Assembly: GCF_963921235.1 (NCBI RefSeq)
Contig: NC_086097.1
Span: 249,862,001-249,926,000, forward strand
Reading direction: 5' to 3'
DNA length: 64,000 nt
Origin: Mobula hypostoma
Taxonomy: Eukaryota
The position numbers and the translations under genes were made by a program. The notes under the pieces are model-generated. The model saw only the letters and a program-made list of their open reading frames with translations, had not been told where the DNA came from and ran no database searches. This document shows positions 36,185-49,799 of this stretch, piece by piece (position 1 is the stretch's first letter; each line of letters begins with the position of its first letter).

Positions 36185-39100
36185 TTCTTTCTTTCTTTTT
36201 TCAATCTTTTTATTGATTTTTTTTTTTAAAAAGTGTGTATACAAACAAGAGGAGAATATCTCTGGTATATATGTCAATAACAGTACATACAGAAGGTAAA
36301 ATAGACAATATCAGAATCATACATAGTTGATCTACAAAGTACAAGTTTGATATAGAATGTATAATACAGAAAAAAATGTAATTCATTCTCCTCTTATCAA
36401 TTTATGAAGAAAGGAAGGACTATTAGAAATTTTTATATATAAAAAAAGAAAAAAAACACTATTCTAAACAGTAAAAAAAAAAGGACTGGGCAGTCCATCC
36501 TGAGAGAAACACCAAAAGAAGAGGTTCAAATCCAAGGTTCTGAAAAAATAGCTGGAAGACAATCAGTACAAAAATCAGAACATATGAAAATATTGAATAT
36601 AAGGTTGCCAGATTTCTTCAAATTTAAAGGATGTATCCAATGTCCGACTTTTTATTTTCTCTAGACTTGAACAGGACATGATAGAGGAAAGACAATAAAA
36701 GGCAGTAGGAGGGTTAGGGTCCTTCCATTTAAGTAAAATGGCTTTCCTAGTCAAGAGGGTTGAAATAGCTTTATATCCTGCTTCCGATGGAATAATCCCA
36801 AAAATAGCTGTAAATAAGTTTGGTTGTAAATCCAGATCCAGCACTTTTGATAAGGTTTTAAAAACATCTTTCCAAAAATTTCTCTAACTTTATGCAAGAC
36901 CAAAACATGTGAAGTGGCCACCTGAGTATTACATCAATCACAAACAGGATTAATACCGGGAAAAATATAGGCTAATTTATCCTTTGACATATGTGCCTGA
37001 TGCACTGCCCTGAACTGTATCAAGGAATGACGGGCACAAATAGATGAAGTATTTACCAGATGAAACATTTTACTCCATTGATTATCGGAAAGTAACTCTT
37101 GAAATTCCAATTCCCAGGCAGCTTTAATTTTATCATTAGATATCATTCGTAAATTCAATAACCATTTGTAAATTGTAGCTATTAATCCTTTTTGGAGTGG
37201 TTTAACCTGGAAGAAGGTATCTATTATATTAGATGGATAAGCGGAGGGATAACTTGGAAGCAAAGTATGTATAAAAAAAAAATTCCTAATTTGTAAATAT
37301 CTAAAAAAAAGTGTACATTGGATAAATCAAATTTATCTGCTAGCTGAGTAAAAGACATGAAAAAATCCCCTATAAAGAAATCCGAAAAAGTTATTATTCC
37401 TTTGGTTTTCCAAATTTAAAAAGCCTATCTAAAATTGATGGTTTAAAAAAATAATTATGATATATATTACTAGAAAGGACAAAATTATTTAATTCAAAAA
37501 ATCTGCGAAACTGAAACCAAATTCTTACTGTATGTTTAATAATAGGATTAAGGTCTTGTCTACCAATCTTAGAGAGCAGAAAAGGAAGAGGAGCTCCCAG
37601 TAAAGAGGCCAAGGAGTACCTCTTCACCGAGTTTTTCTCCAAATCCACCCATAAAGGACAGTCATATATGTCTGAATAATGTATCCAACAGGTAATATAT
37701 GGAATATTAATTGCCCAGTATTACAGACTAAGATTTGGCAAAGCCATACCACCGTCCTTTTTAAAATTTCTGCAATAAAGGTTTACTCAATCTAGGATTT
37801 TTGTTGTTCCAAATATAGGATAAAATTTTAGAGTCTATTCTATCAAAAAACCGTTTAGGAACAAATGAAGAATTGAAATATATATAAGAATTTCGATAGA
37901 ACTATCATTTTAATAGCATTAATTTGACCAATTAATGATAGTGTCATAGGAGACCATTTAGAAAGTATTTGTTGGGTATAATCAACTAATGGGAGAAAAT
38001 TATATATATCTTTAAAATTCTTAGTAACTTTAATACTAAGATAAGTAAATTGATTTTTAGGAATACTAAAAGGTAATTGCTCATACTGATCCAAATGATT
38101 ATTAATGAGAAATAGCTCACTTTTGTATAAATTTAACTTGTATCCAGAAAAACTACTAAATTCGGAGAATATGAATAACATAGAAGGAATAGATTTCTTA
38201 GGATCTGAAATGTAGACTAACAAGTCATCTGCATACAACGAAACCTTATGCATTTTATCCCCTCTGTTAATACCCTGAATACTATTGGAATTCTGAAGAG
38301 CAATAGCCAGAGGTTCCAGAGCCAAGTTAAATAACAAAGGACTAGGAGGACAGCCCTGCTGGGTACCTCTGTATAGTCTAAAATAGGGAGATTTTTGATT
38401 GTTAGTTATAACTGCAGCCATAGGAGTTTGATAGATCAACCTCATCCAGGAAGTAAAAGCTGGACCAAAATTAAATCTTTCTAAAATTTCAAATAAATAA
38501 AACCACTCCACCCTATCAAAGGCTTTCTCTGCGGCAAGGGAAACGACACATTCAGGTTCTTTGGATGGAGAGGAATAAATAATGTTCAATAGAATCTGAA
38601 TATTAGAAGTGTGAATATCTATTCTTAATAAATCCAGTTTGATCGTTAGAGATAACCTTAGATAAAATATTCTCAATCCTATTAGCCAAAATTTTAAAAA
38701 GAATTTTAAAATCCACATTTAGTAAAGAAATTGGTCTGTAAGAGGCACATTCAGATAAATCTTTATCTTTTTTAGGAATTAGTGAATTTAATGCCTCATA
38801 AAAAGTTTTTGGGAGAGTCCCAGAGGATATAGAAGCAGTGAAAACTTGACATAAATAAGGTGTAAGTATCTCAGTAAAAGTCTTAAAAATTTCCGCCATT
38901 TAGTTTAGGGGTTTTTCTTTTTTTTCTTTATAAAATATCTTTTTCATGGTCAGTTACTTGAGATTGGGAGGCTAAACTATATTTGTTACTTGGAATCTGT
39001 GCTTGTTCATGTTAACTATTAGTATTGTAATCCCGATCTCTATGTGTCATTATTATTATTGTTATGTTTGATTTTGAAACTTAATAAAAAGATTGAAAAA

Positions 39101-40375
39101 GAAAGAGAAAATTCCACTGTGTATCCATCTGGTCCCGGAGCCTTACCTGATTGAAGAGAGGATATAGCCCTTGTTATTTCCTCTTGTTTAATAGGCACAT
39201 CTAATGCATTCATATCTTGAGTAGAAATTTTAGGTATATTCAGCTTTTGCAAAAATCTATTCATAGAAGTAGTATTGTCTGAAAAGTCAGATTTATAAAG
39301 GTTAGAATAGAAATCCAGAAATACGTTATTAATTTCTGACCATCTGACATTTCAATTCTATCAGCTCTTCGTGTTTTCAAAATCTGTCTTCTAGCCATAT
39401 CTGCTTTTAATTGACCAGCCCACAATTTGCTTGACTTATCCCCATGTATGTAAAATTGACTTTTAGATTTGAGAAGTTGCTGCTCAATGGGAAAGGTCAA
39501 AAGCAAATCATGCTGTGTTTGAAGTTCCACCCTTTCCTTATAAAGATCTTCATTAGGTGTTACTGAATAAACTTTATCTTTCTTTAATCCTGTTAGTAAT
39601 CACTAAAAGTTCCGCTTTGGTTTTCCGTCTTAAAACTACTGAATATGAAATTGTCTGTCCCCTGAGAAAAGATTGCATCATATCCCAAATAACCAAATTT
39701 GACATTCCCTCAGTTGTATTTAATTCAAAATATAAAGAAATTTGTTCTTTAATAAAACTTACAAAAGCTAAGTTCTGCAATAATGTAGTATTAAGTCTCC
39801 ACTGAGAAGATTTTAAATGTTATCAGGAAATCTAAATGTTAATTTCATGGGTGCGTGGTCCAATAACGTGATGACATCATACGTGCAATTGGCAACAAAG
39901 GGCACCAACTGTGTATCCAGCAAAAAAATAATCAATTCTTGAGTATTTATGATATACATGCGAAAAGAAACAAAAATCCCTATCTTTAGGATGTATAAAT
40001 TTCCAGATATCAACCAAACTGTATTCCAATAAAAAAGAGTAATACAAGTCGCAGCCTTATTAGGAAGCAACGGATTGGTTGATGACCTATCAATCGAAGG
40101 ATTTAAACAGCAATTGAAGTCACCGCCCATAATCAACTTGTGTTCATTTAAATTTGGCAGCGCAGAAAATAGTTTCTTTAAAAATTCAGGGCTATCTATA
40201 TTAGGTGCATAAACACACACTAGAGCCACCTTTTGATGACATAACAGACCAGTAACAATTAAATATCTTCCAATTGAATCAGTAAAAGTATTAAAATGTA
40301 TGAAAGCGATTTTAGATTTAATAAAAATAGATACCCATCCAATTTTAGTTACTGATAAAGAGTGAAATTGATAAC
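36185..40375 (-). mobile_element. L1/Tx1-clade LINE ORF2 (5'-truncated, degraded)
   Basis: APE: VYAPN, MGGDFNC. RT: KAPGPDG, YRPISLLNVDFKI, AEKAFDRVEW, GTQQGCPPSPLLF, YADD. A-rich tail near 36185-36230. A sense-strand L1-type 3' tail is nested at about 38900-39108. Confidence 0.9.
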
Positions 40376-40869
40376 CTCTCCAAAATCTCTTGCGTTATCT
40401 TCTTGCCTGCCCATAGCCTCCCTCTGGTGCTCTCCCCCGCCCCCCCCTTTCGTTCTTCTATGGCCTTCTGGCCTCTCCTATTGGATTTCCCCCTTCTCCA
40501 GCCCTGTATCTCTTTCACCAATCAACTTCCCAGTTCTACTTCACCCCTCCCCCTCCAGTTTCACCTATCATCTTGTTTCTCCCTCCCCTCCCCCCACCTT
40601 TTAACTCTACTCCTCAACTTTTTTTCTCCAATCCTGCAGAAGGGTCTCAACCCAAAACATCAACTCTGTTCCATAGGTATTGCCTGGCCTGCTGAGTTCC
40701 TCCAACAATAAGTGTGCGTTGCCTGGATTTCCAGCATTTGCAGATTTTTTTTTCTTGTTTTTCATGTTCCAAAAAAAAATGTGGTTCAGTTTCAGACTTT
40801 TGCTTGGGAGGGATTTTTTTTTTGTTATATCAACAATCAGTGAGAGTTTGGAGTTAATAAAGGAACTTT

Positions 40870-43040
40870 ATCAAGGAGGGAGAGAGAAAATAGGGAATTA
40901 TAGACCAGTTAGCCATCAGTGGTGGGGAAGATGCTGGAGTCAATTATAAAGGATGAAATAGCGGCACATTTGGATAGCAGTAACAGGATCGGTCCGAGTC
41001 AGCATGGATTTACGAAGGGGAAATCATGCTTGACTAATTTTCTGGAATTTTTTTGAGGATGTAACTATGAAAATGGACAAGGGAGAGCCAGTGGATGTAG
41101 TGTACCTTTCTTCTTCTTACTTTTTAATTTATGTTATTTTTGTATTTTTTTTCTCATGGTAACACGTGGAAGCTGCACCCTCTCTAACATGCTGGTAGAG
41201 AGAGTTTTATTCAGGTTTTCTGTAGAGCTGGAAATGGTTACATCCCGGCACGCGGGACAGAAGCAAAGTCGCATTGTGTATTCCACGGACCAGCAAATCC
41301 CAGGTGGCTTAGCTAACAGAGCAGTGGACACCCCTGCTGAAATCCGGAGGAAAACACACAGAGGGGGATCACAAAGCTGAGGAAAGAGGACCGGGTCGAG
41401 ACAACAGAGACTTTTGGAGAAGAGGAGTTTGGTGGTAATACCATTCCGGCTGACCGGAAGTGCTTCGAGAGCGGTAAGCGTAAAGGAGTTTCGTGCTTAC
41501 TGATCTGGTTAACAACGGATGGTGCAATCCAAGGTATACTACGATCGAGGAACGTGTTTGCAGACTGGATATTGAACTTTTTACTGTTGGACTTCGGCCA
41601 CATTCCACCGTGATACAACACTGGCGGCACGGGAGGTCGTTCCTGCCTGTGGCCATCAAACGTGCAGCTCCTCCATGGAGGGTCAGACACCCTGAGCCAA
41701 TAGACTGGTCCTGGACTTATTTTCCATCTGGCATAGTTTGCATTTTGTTGTTTGATTGTTGGGGTTTTTTGTATTGCTATATTTACGCTCTATTCTTGGT
41801 TGGTGCGGCTGTAACGAAACCAAATTTCCCTCGGGATTAATAAAGTATATCTATCTATCTTTCAGAAAGCCTTTGATAAGGTCCCACGTAGGAGATTAGT
41901 GGGCAAAATTAGAGCACATGGTATTGGGGGTAGGGTATTGACTTGGATAGAAAATTGGTTGGCAGACAGGAAATAAAGTAGGGATTAACGGGTCCTTTTC
42001 AGAATGGCAGGCGGTGATTAGTGGGGTACTGCAAGGCTCAGTGCTGGGACCTCAGCTATTTACAATATACATTAATGATTTAGATGAAGGGATTAAAAGT
42101 AACATTAGCGCATTTGCAGATGACACAAAGCTGGGTGGCAGTGTGAAATGTGCGGAGGATGATGAGATAATGCAGGATGACTTGGACAGGTTGGGAGAGT
42201 GGGCAGATGCATGGCAGATGCAGTTTAATGTGGATAAATGTGAGGTTATCCACTTTGGTGGCAAGAACAAGAAGGCAGATTACTATTTGAATGGTGTCAA
42301 TTTAGGAAAAGGGGAAGTACAACGAGATCTTGGTGTCCTTGTTCGTCAGTCACTGAAAGTAAGCATGCAGGTACAGTAGGCAGTGAAGAAAGCTAATGGC
42401 ATGCTGGCCTTCATAACAAGGGGAGTTGAGTATAGGAGCAAAGAGGTCCTTCTGCAGTTGTACAGGGCCCTGGTGAGACCACACCTGGAGTATTGTGTAC
42501 AGTTTTGGTCTCCAAATTTGAGGAAGGACACTCTTGCTATTGAGCGAGTGCAGCGGAGGTTCACGACGTTAATTCCCGGGATGGCGGGACTGTCATATGT
42601 TGAAAGATTGGAGCGACTGGGCTTGTATACACTGGAATTTAGAAGGATGAGAGGGGATCTGATTGAAACATATAAGATTATTAAGGGATTGGACACGCTA
42701 GAGGCAGGAAACATGTTCCCGATGTTGGGGAAGTCCAGAACCAGAGGCCACAGTTTGAGAATAAGGGGTAGGCCATTTAGAATGGAGTTGAGGAAAAACT
42801 TTTTCACCCAGAGAGTTGTGGATCTGTGGAATGCTCTGCCTCAGAAGGCAGTGGAGGCCAATTCTCTGGATGCTTTCAATAAAGAGTTAGATAGAGCTCT
42901 TAATGATAGCGGAGTCAAGGGATATGGGGAGAAGTCAGGAACGGGGTACTGATTGTGGATGATCAGCCATGATCACAGTGAATGGTGGTGCTGGCTCAAA
43001 GGGCCAAATGGCCTACTCCTGCACCTATTGTCTATTGTCT
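40870..43040 (+). mobile_element. CR1-type LINE 3' half (relatively young)
   Basis: QGSVLGPQLF, FADDTK, RPHLEYCVQFWSP and FFTQRVVDLWNALP; (TATTGTC)n tail. Confidence 0.9.
41108..41860 (+). mobile_element. Short internally deleted retroelement with (TATC)n tail, inserted in the CR1
   Basis: Splits the CR1 motif VDVVY|FQKAFD and ends AATAAAGTATATCTATCTATC. A related 3' end lies inverted at about 22795-22988. Confidence 0.6.
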
Positions 43041-43184
43041 GTAACTATGGCCTATCAATGCCAGTTCAGACTTTCTAGGCTTCTCCCTTGGAAAGCTAAG
43101 GACTACACACAAATTTAATTCACAAGGTTGTTATATTGTCATTCTTCAGTAAACAAGTGTCAAAGAAGCAAATTGATTCGTCAG

Positions 43185-44250
43185 TCAATTTGGATTAGCA
43201 ACAGCATCTCCTCCACAATCTCTCTCAGCACAGGTGTACCACAAGGCTGTGTGCTTGTCCCTCTGCTTTACTTGTTTTATGCTTATGAATGTAAGGCTAA
43301 GCACTACCCCGATACCATATTTAAGTTTGCCAATGACACCACTGTTGTTGACTGGTGGTGACAAATCAGCATACAGGAGAGAGATTGAAAATCTGGCTGA
43401 GTGGTGCCACAGCAACAACCTGTGTCACTCGATGTCAGCAAGACTATAGGAGCTAATTACTGAGGAAACTAGAGGTCTCATCGGATGATCGGAGGTGGAG
43501 AGGGTCAGCAACTTTAAATTCCTTGGTGTTATCACTTGACTGGATCTGTCCTGAATCCAGCATGTAAGTGCCATCACAAAGATAGCGTGGTAGTGCCTCT
43601 AATTTCTTCAAAGTTTGCGCAGATGGCGCACATCATCTAAAACTTTGACAAACTTATAGATGTGTAGTGGAGAGTATATTGACTGGTTGCATCATGGCCT
43701 ACTGGGAAACATCAATGCCCTTGTATGGAAAAGCTGACAAAAAATAGTGAATATGGCTCAGTCCATCAAGGATAAAGCCCTCTCCACCCTTGAGCACATC
43801 GACATGGAATACAGTGACAGGAAACTAGTATCCACCGTCAAGGATTCTTGCTATCTGGACCACTCTCTCTTTGCTGCTGCCATCAGAAAGAAGGTACAGG
43901 AGCCTCAGGACTTGCACCACTAGGTTCAGGAACAGTTATTACCCATCAGCCATCAGGCTCTTGGACCAGTGGGGACAAATTCACTCACCCCAACACTGAA
44001 CTGGACTCACTTTCAAGGAGACTTCATCTCATGTTCTTGATATTTATTTATTATTTTACATTTTTTCTCTTTCTTTTTGTATTTGCACAGTTGTTTGTTT
44101 TTTTGCACCTTGTTTGTCTGTCCTGTTGGGTGTGGCCTTTCATTGATTCTATTGTTTCTTGCATTTACTGTGAATGCCTGCAAGAAATGAATCTCAGGGT
44201 TGTATATGGTGACATATATGTACTTTGATAATAAATTTACTTTGAACTTT
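43185..44250 (+). mobile_element. Rex1/Babar-like LINE RT and 3' end
   Basis: STGVPQGCVLVPLLY...FKFANDTT; tail AATAAATTTACTTTGAACTTTGAA. Confidence 0.78.
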
Positions 44251-44667
44251 GAAATTATTGTTGCTCAAGATCCAATGCAATATAAAAACACAATTAGTAT
44301 AAACACAACAAATATGAAAGCAATCGTATAAAACACAATGTGCAAGTAAATGTGAAAAAACATAGCCTGAATGTTTGTGCTTGTAGTCATGCTGGGTGAT
44401 GTGTATGTAGTGGTGGTGGGTGGGTTAGTTAGTGGAGGTGTTGGTCAGACTGATGGTTTGTGGAAGCAACTGTTTTTGAGTCTGGTAGTCCTGGCATGGA
44501 TATTGTATAGCCATGTTCCTCATGGGTGTGGGACAAGCAGTCCATAGGTAAGGGGTTAGGGGTGGGATCTTTCACATTTTGATGTTTACAAATAAGTTGG
44601 AAATATTTGACTTCATACTGTTCAGACATTGTTTAATTAGTTTCCCTTTTTGTTTCCTGTTTTTTAG

Positions 44668-44836
44668 CTTGATTATCCGGGGTGATAAGGATGAACATGC
44701 TGTATTGTGTAGTGAAGATAAAACCTATGACTTAAAGGTGGCTGATACGTCGAACATGCTGCTCATCATCCCCGACTGCAAAACGCCCGATCAGCTTCCA
44801 CCCAACACAAGTGCACAACAGTTGACGCACTGTCAG
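44668..44836 (+). CDS. DSCC1: DSCC1 coding exon 2
   Basis: Polypyrimidine tract and TAG acceptor; (S)LIIRGDKDEHAVLCSEDKTYDLKVADTSNMLLIIPDCKTPDQL...THCQ; donor GTGAAA. 169 nt, in phase with exon 1. Confidence 0.96.
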
Positions 44837-45065
44837 GTGAAACTTTTACATACACAAAAAAGCTTTATTAAGGAAGAATAAACTTTGCATACATATTGTG
44901 AAGCAGATATTTATTTTAAAGTATCAGTATGTGTAGGTACTGCCAGAACAACTTTAAAAAAAAAATGCATTTCCTTGTTCTTCAGAGATGGTGGATGGCA
45001 GCGTAAGTAGCTTAATGCAAGTGACGGGATGCTGGGTCTTTTTAGAGAACGTGTATGCTTTTCCA

Positions 45066-45368
45066 CGTGGGCACGTGGCCATGTGGCCAAGTGGTTAAGG
45101 TATGGGACTAGCGACCTGAAGGTCATGAGTTCAAGCCCAGCCGAGGGAACGTGTTGTGTCCTTGAGCAAGGCACTTAATCACACATTGCTCTGTGATGAC
45201 ACCAGTGCCAAACTGTATGGGTCCTAATGCCCTTCCCTTGGACAACACTGGTGTTGTGGAGAGGGGAGACTTGCAGCGTGGGCAACTGCTGGTCTTCCAT
45301 ACAACCTTGCCCAGGACTTCCCAGGCGCAGATCCATGGTCCCGCAAGACTAATGGATGCCTTTACTTC
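45066..45368 (+). mobile_element. tRNA-headed SINE with RTE-derived body and tail
   Basis: TGGCCAAGTGG (A box) and GTTCAAGCC (B box); TSD ATGCTTTTCCA at 45055-45065 and 45369-45379. Confidence 0.8.
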
Positions 45369-46869
45369 ATGCTTTTCCAAGTTTTGGTTTTTGCAGTTTA
45401 TTTCTGGTTTCAATGGTTCAATTTATTATCAGAGAATGTATACAGTATACAACATGAAATCCTTACTCTTTGCAGATATCCATGAAACAGAAGAGAGGAA
45501 AAAAAAATCCAAAAGAAGTTGAATGACAGAAAAGCATTAGAACCCAAAGCCCGCCCTCCCTTCCCCCTCCCACATAGAAGTAGCAACAAAAGCATCAACC
45601 CTCCCCCTCCCCTCCCCCTCGCACCAGCAGAAGTCTTCAGCCCCGCTGCCACCCATCGTGCGAGCAATAGCAAACCCCCAGAGACCAGGATCTAGAGTTC
45701 ATCAAAAACTATTGTCCATCCCAACACTAGCATCTTGTGTGTGTTTATACTCTGAGGGGGAGAGAGAGCAAGAGGGGAGGCCAACGACTCACTGTTTTGA
45801 TGTTACAATCCACAGCATTGTTTTTGCACTTCCTTTTCATTTCACGGGAGCTGGAAGAAGACAGGAGGGAAGGTGGCTGAGGATGCTGTCCCTGTTGCAC
45901 AAGGTGCTTTGTGCAGATGAATGGCTTCAAGGAGGAAGGACCAATACTCCTGTGGGGGTGGGGGAGGGACACCGTTTATTTGAGGTGGATTTTGAGTGAC
46001 GTTGGGAAATTGGTGTGTGCTTTCATGTATGCCATAGGTCCAGTGCTTGAGTTAAAGACAACTTCAAGATGAGCTAATATGTGCGTATTTGGACTGGGTT
46101 AACTAATAGGCCCTTTTTACTTTTTTCCTTTTCTTTTTCCTATAAACTAAATAAATAATACTGAGAACATAAGTTGTAGAGTAGAGGAGAGGGTGGCCAA
46201 TGACATCATTAGGCAGCTGCCAGTCAAATGGATTGGCTTGTGGGATGGGTTTCAGGACCTTTTTGTCACAACATACATCCTTTCAAGTGAATGCTTACTT
46301 TATCACGGTTCTCATTCAACCTTTATAGGAAGAAAAAGCTTTGAGATGTCAAGGTGTGTGGAAGATCAGAGGTATTTTGTTTGAAAGACTCATAAAATAT
46401 TAAAAGTACATCTTAAGCAGTTAAATATTAAAAAGTGTGTGGACCAAGACCAAAAAACCTGTGGAACATCAGCACAGCAAAGATGCATACATCAGGATGC
46501 TTTTTATTGACTACAGCATAAGGAGGTTCTGATGCCAAGGTCATAGAAACAGGTCATTCGGCCCATCTAGTCCAAGCTGAAAAACATTTAAAATGCCTAC
46601 TCTCAATGACCTGTACATGGACCACAGCCCTCCATGCCTCTACTATCAAGCTCACATGGACCACTTGTGGTGGCAGCTTGTTCCACACTCTCACAACCCT
46701 CTGACTGAAGAAGTTTCCCCTCATGTACCCCTTAAACTTCTTACCTTTCACCCTTAAGCTGTGATCTCTGGTTGTAGTCCCACCCAACATCAGTGGGGGA
46801 AAAAGCTTGCTTGCATTTACCCTTTCTGTACCCCTCATCAGTTGTATAAAAGGTATTGAAGCTTATTGA

Positions 46870-48240
46870 TTAGTTTTGAGGGGATGATAGCTTCAATGCT
46901 GAGCTGTAGTCGATAACGAGCATCCTGTTGTATGTATCTTCACTGTCCAGATGTTTCAGAGTTGACTGAAGAGTCAATGAAATAGCAGCTGCTGTTGACC
47001 TGTTGTGGCAGTAGGCAAACGGGAGTAGATCCAAGTTGCTTCTAAGGTAGGAGTTGACGTATTTCATCACCAGTCTCAAAGGAGTTCATCACAGTGGATG
47101 TAAATGCTACTGGATGATAGTCATTGAGGCAGGTTACCACTTGATTCTTAGACACTGGTATAATTAAAGCCTGCTTGAAGCAGGTAGATACCTCAGATTG
47201 CTGAAATGAGAGGTTAAAGATGGTGAACACTCTAGCCAGTTGATCAGCACAGGGTCTTTAGTGCTTGGCCAAGTACCTCATCTAGGCCGGATGCTTTCTG
47301 TGGGTTCTCATGTGGGCCTCAGAGACTGAAATCACAAGGTCTGTGGGAGTTTGTGATGGTTCCTTCATGTTTTGACAGTCAAAGCCAGCATAAAAGGCAT
47401 GAGTTCCTATGGAGTGAAGCTTTGTTGTCACCTATATTGCTTGGTTTCACTTTGTAGGCAGTGGTGGCATGCAACCCCTACAAAAGCTGTTGAACATCCT
47501 TCAGTGATTGAAGTTTAGTCTGGAATTGCCACTTCACACCTAGGATGGCTTTCTGGAGATCGTATCTGGACCTCTTGTATTTTACTTGGTCCTCGGACCT
47601 GAAATCCACTGATCTGGCCTTCCAGGGCTTCTAGTTGTGCAAGACTCTGAATGATTTTGTGGGGACTGTTTTTATAAAGTCTGTGACAACCATGGTGTAT
47701 TTGTTCAGATCCTCTGAGTTCTTGAGCACAGGCCAGTCCACCCATAGTTGCCCCTCTGTCTCCTGTGTCCGCCTCTTTGTTGTCCTTATTTCTGGAGCCT
47801 TGGTTCTTAGCCTCTACCTGTATAGGGTTAGGAGGAGGACAGCCAAGTGATCAGATTTACCGAAATGTGGTCTAGGCATGGAACAGTAGGCATTCCTGAT
47901 TGTAGTATAGCAATGTTCGACTGCGTTGGGACCCCTGGTGCTGCATGATAATTGGACCGAGATTTCTTCAAACAAGCCTGATTGAAGTAATTGACAATAA
48001 TTTGAAAGGTATTTGAGTAGTCTGTTTCTTGTTTGCTGATGGCCTTTGGCAGTATGTAAACTGTGGTCAGGATCATGGAGGAGAATTCTCTTGTTAAGTA
48101 GAATGAATGGCACTAATCATTAGATGTTCCAGGTCAGGTGGACAAGAGTGCAACAAGATCGCTGTGTCCAAGCATCACGAAGAGTTTATCATGAAACACG
48201 TTTGATAGCAGTCATCACTCATAGAGGGTCGACCACACCT
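46870..48240 (-). mobile_element. Rex1/Babar-like LINE fragment (EN to RT)
   Basis: PRPHFGKSDHLAVLL, TCLNDYHPVAFTS and IDYSSA on the minus strand. Confidence 0.78.
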
Positions 48241-49799
48241 GAGATTGAAGGCTGGAAGAAAGAATGTAACAGTTAAGTGCCGTCGTTTTTACCAACCGCA
48301 GGAGTTCTCCAGGATCATTTTGGTAGCAGTATACATTCCACTTCAGGCCAATGTCAGTCATGCTTTAGATGATCTGAGCAATGGGATCAACATGCATGAA
48401 ACAGCACATCCTAACGCCTCCACCATTGTTTTGGGAGATATTAACCAGGCCAGTTTGAAAAAATCACTAAGCAACTACCATCAACAGATCACTTGTAGTG
48501 CCAGAGAAATCAACACACTGGACCATTGTTACACTGCCATCAAGAATGCTTACCGTGCTATTCCACACCCTCACTTCGGGACATCTGATCACCTGGCTGT
48601 ATTTCTGTTTCCTGAGTATAGGCAGAGACTGAAGACTGCTGCACCAGTGGGGAGGACCAAGAAGGTTGGACAAGGGAAACACAGGAGTGCTTACAGGACT
48701 GCTTTGAATCGGTAGACTGGACTGTATTCAGGGATTCATCTTTGAATCTGGATGAGTATGCTGCAGTTGTTACTGACATCATTAAAACCTGTGTGGATGA
48801 GTGTGTGCCCACAAAGACTTGCTGTACATTCCCAAACCAAAAGCTGTGGATAAACCAGGAGGTACATCTTCTGTTGAAGGCTAGGTCTGTGGCATTCAAG
48901 TCTGGTGACCCAGGCCTGTACCAGAAAATCAGGTGTGATTTGTGGAGGGCTAGTTCAAGGGCAAAGAGACAATTTTGAATGAGGTTGGAGATGACATCGG
49001 ATGTACGACAACTCTGGCAGGGTTTGCAAGACATTACTTCCTACAAAGTGAAACCCAATAGCATGAATGGCAGTGATGGCACTACCAGATGAGCTGAAGA
49101 CCACCTATGCCCGCTTTGAAAGGGGGAACACAATTACAGCTGTGAAGATCTCTGCTGCACCTAATGAACCTGTGATCTCTGTCTCAGAGGCTGATGTTAG
49201 GCTTTCTTTAAAGAGAGTGAACCCTCACAAGGAGGTATGTCCTGATTAGAGTATCTGGTAAGGCTCTGAAAACCTGTGCCAGTCAACTGGCGGGTGTATT
49301 TGAGGACACTTTCTACCTCTCATTGCTATGGGTGGATCTTCTACTTGCTTCAAAAAGGCAACAATTATACCAGTACCTGAGCTACCTTAATGATTATCAC
49401 CCGGTGGCACTCACATCTACAGTGATGAAATGCTTTGAGAGGTTGGTCATGACTGAACTCCTGCCTCAGCAAGGACCTGGACCCATTGCAATTTGCCTAT
49501 CGCCACAATAGGTCAACGGCAGAGGCAATCTCAATGGCTCTTCACACAGCTTTAGACCACCTGGACAGTACAAACACCTATGTCAGGATGCAGTTCATTG
49601 ACTATAGCTCAGCATTTAATACCATCATTCCCACAATCCTGATTGAAAAGTTGCAGAACCTGGGCCTCTGTACTTTCCTCTGCAATTGGATCCTCAACTT
49701 CCTAACCGGAATACCACAATCTGTGCTGCCATCTCACTGACGATCAACATTGGTGCACCTCAGGGGTGTGTGCTTAGTCCACTGCTCTACTGTCTATAT

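Larger units (their letters stand above)
34530..40762 (+). mobile_element. Penelope-like element remnant (inverted pLTR, RT, GIY-YIG, pLTR) split by RTE-type and L1 insertions
   Basis: TSD CATGTTCC(A)nTG at 34512-34529 and 40763-40781. FLCYINDCIG is an RT YIDD-like motif; YIGETQSRLGDCFTEHL is GIY-YIG. pLTR tail at about 40400-40760. Confidence 0.78.

Noticed and set aside
45066..45145. tRNA-like sequence (also about 15340-15412)
   Set aside because: SINE head with TSDs and a retroposon tail; no intact cloverleaf.
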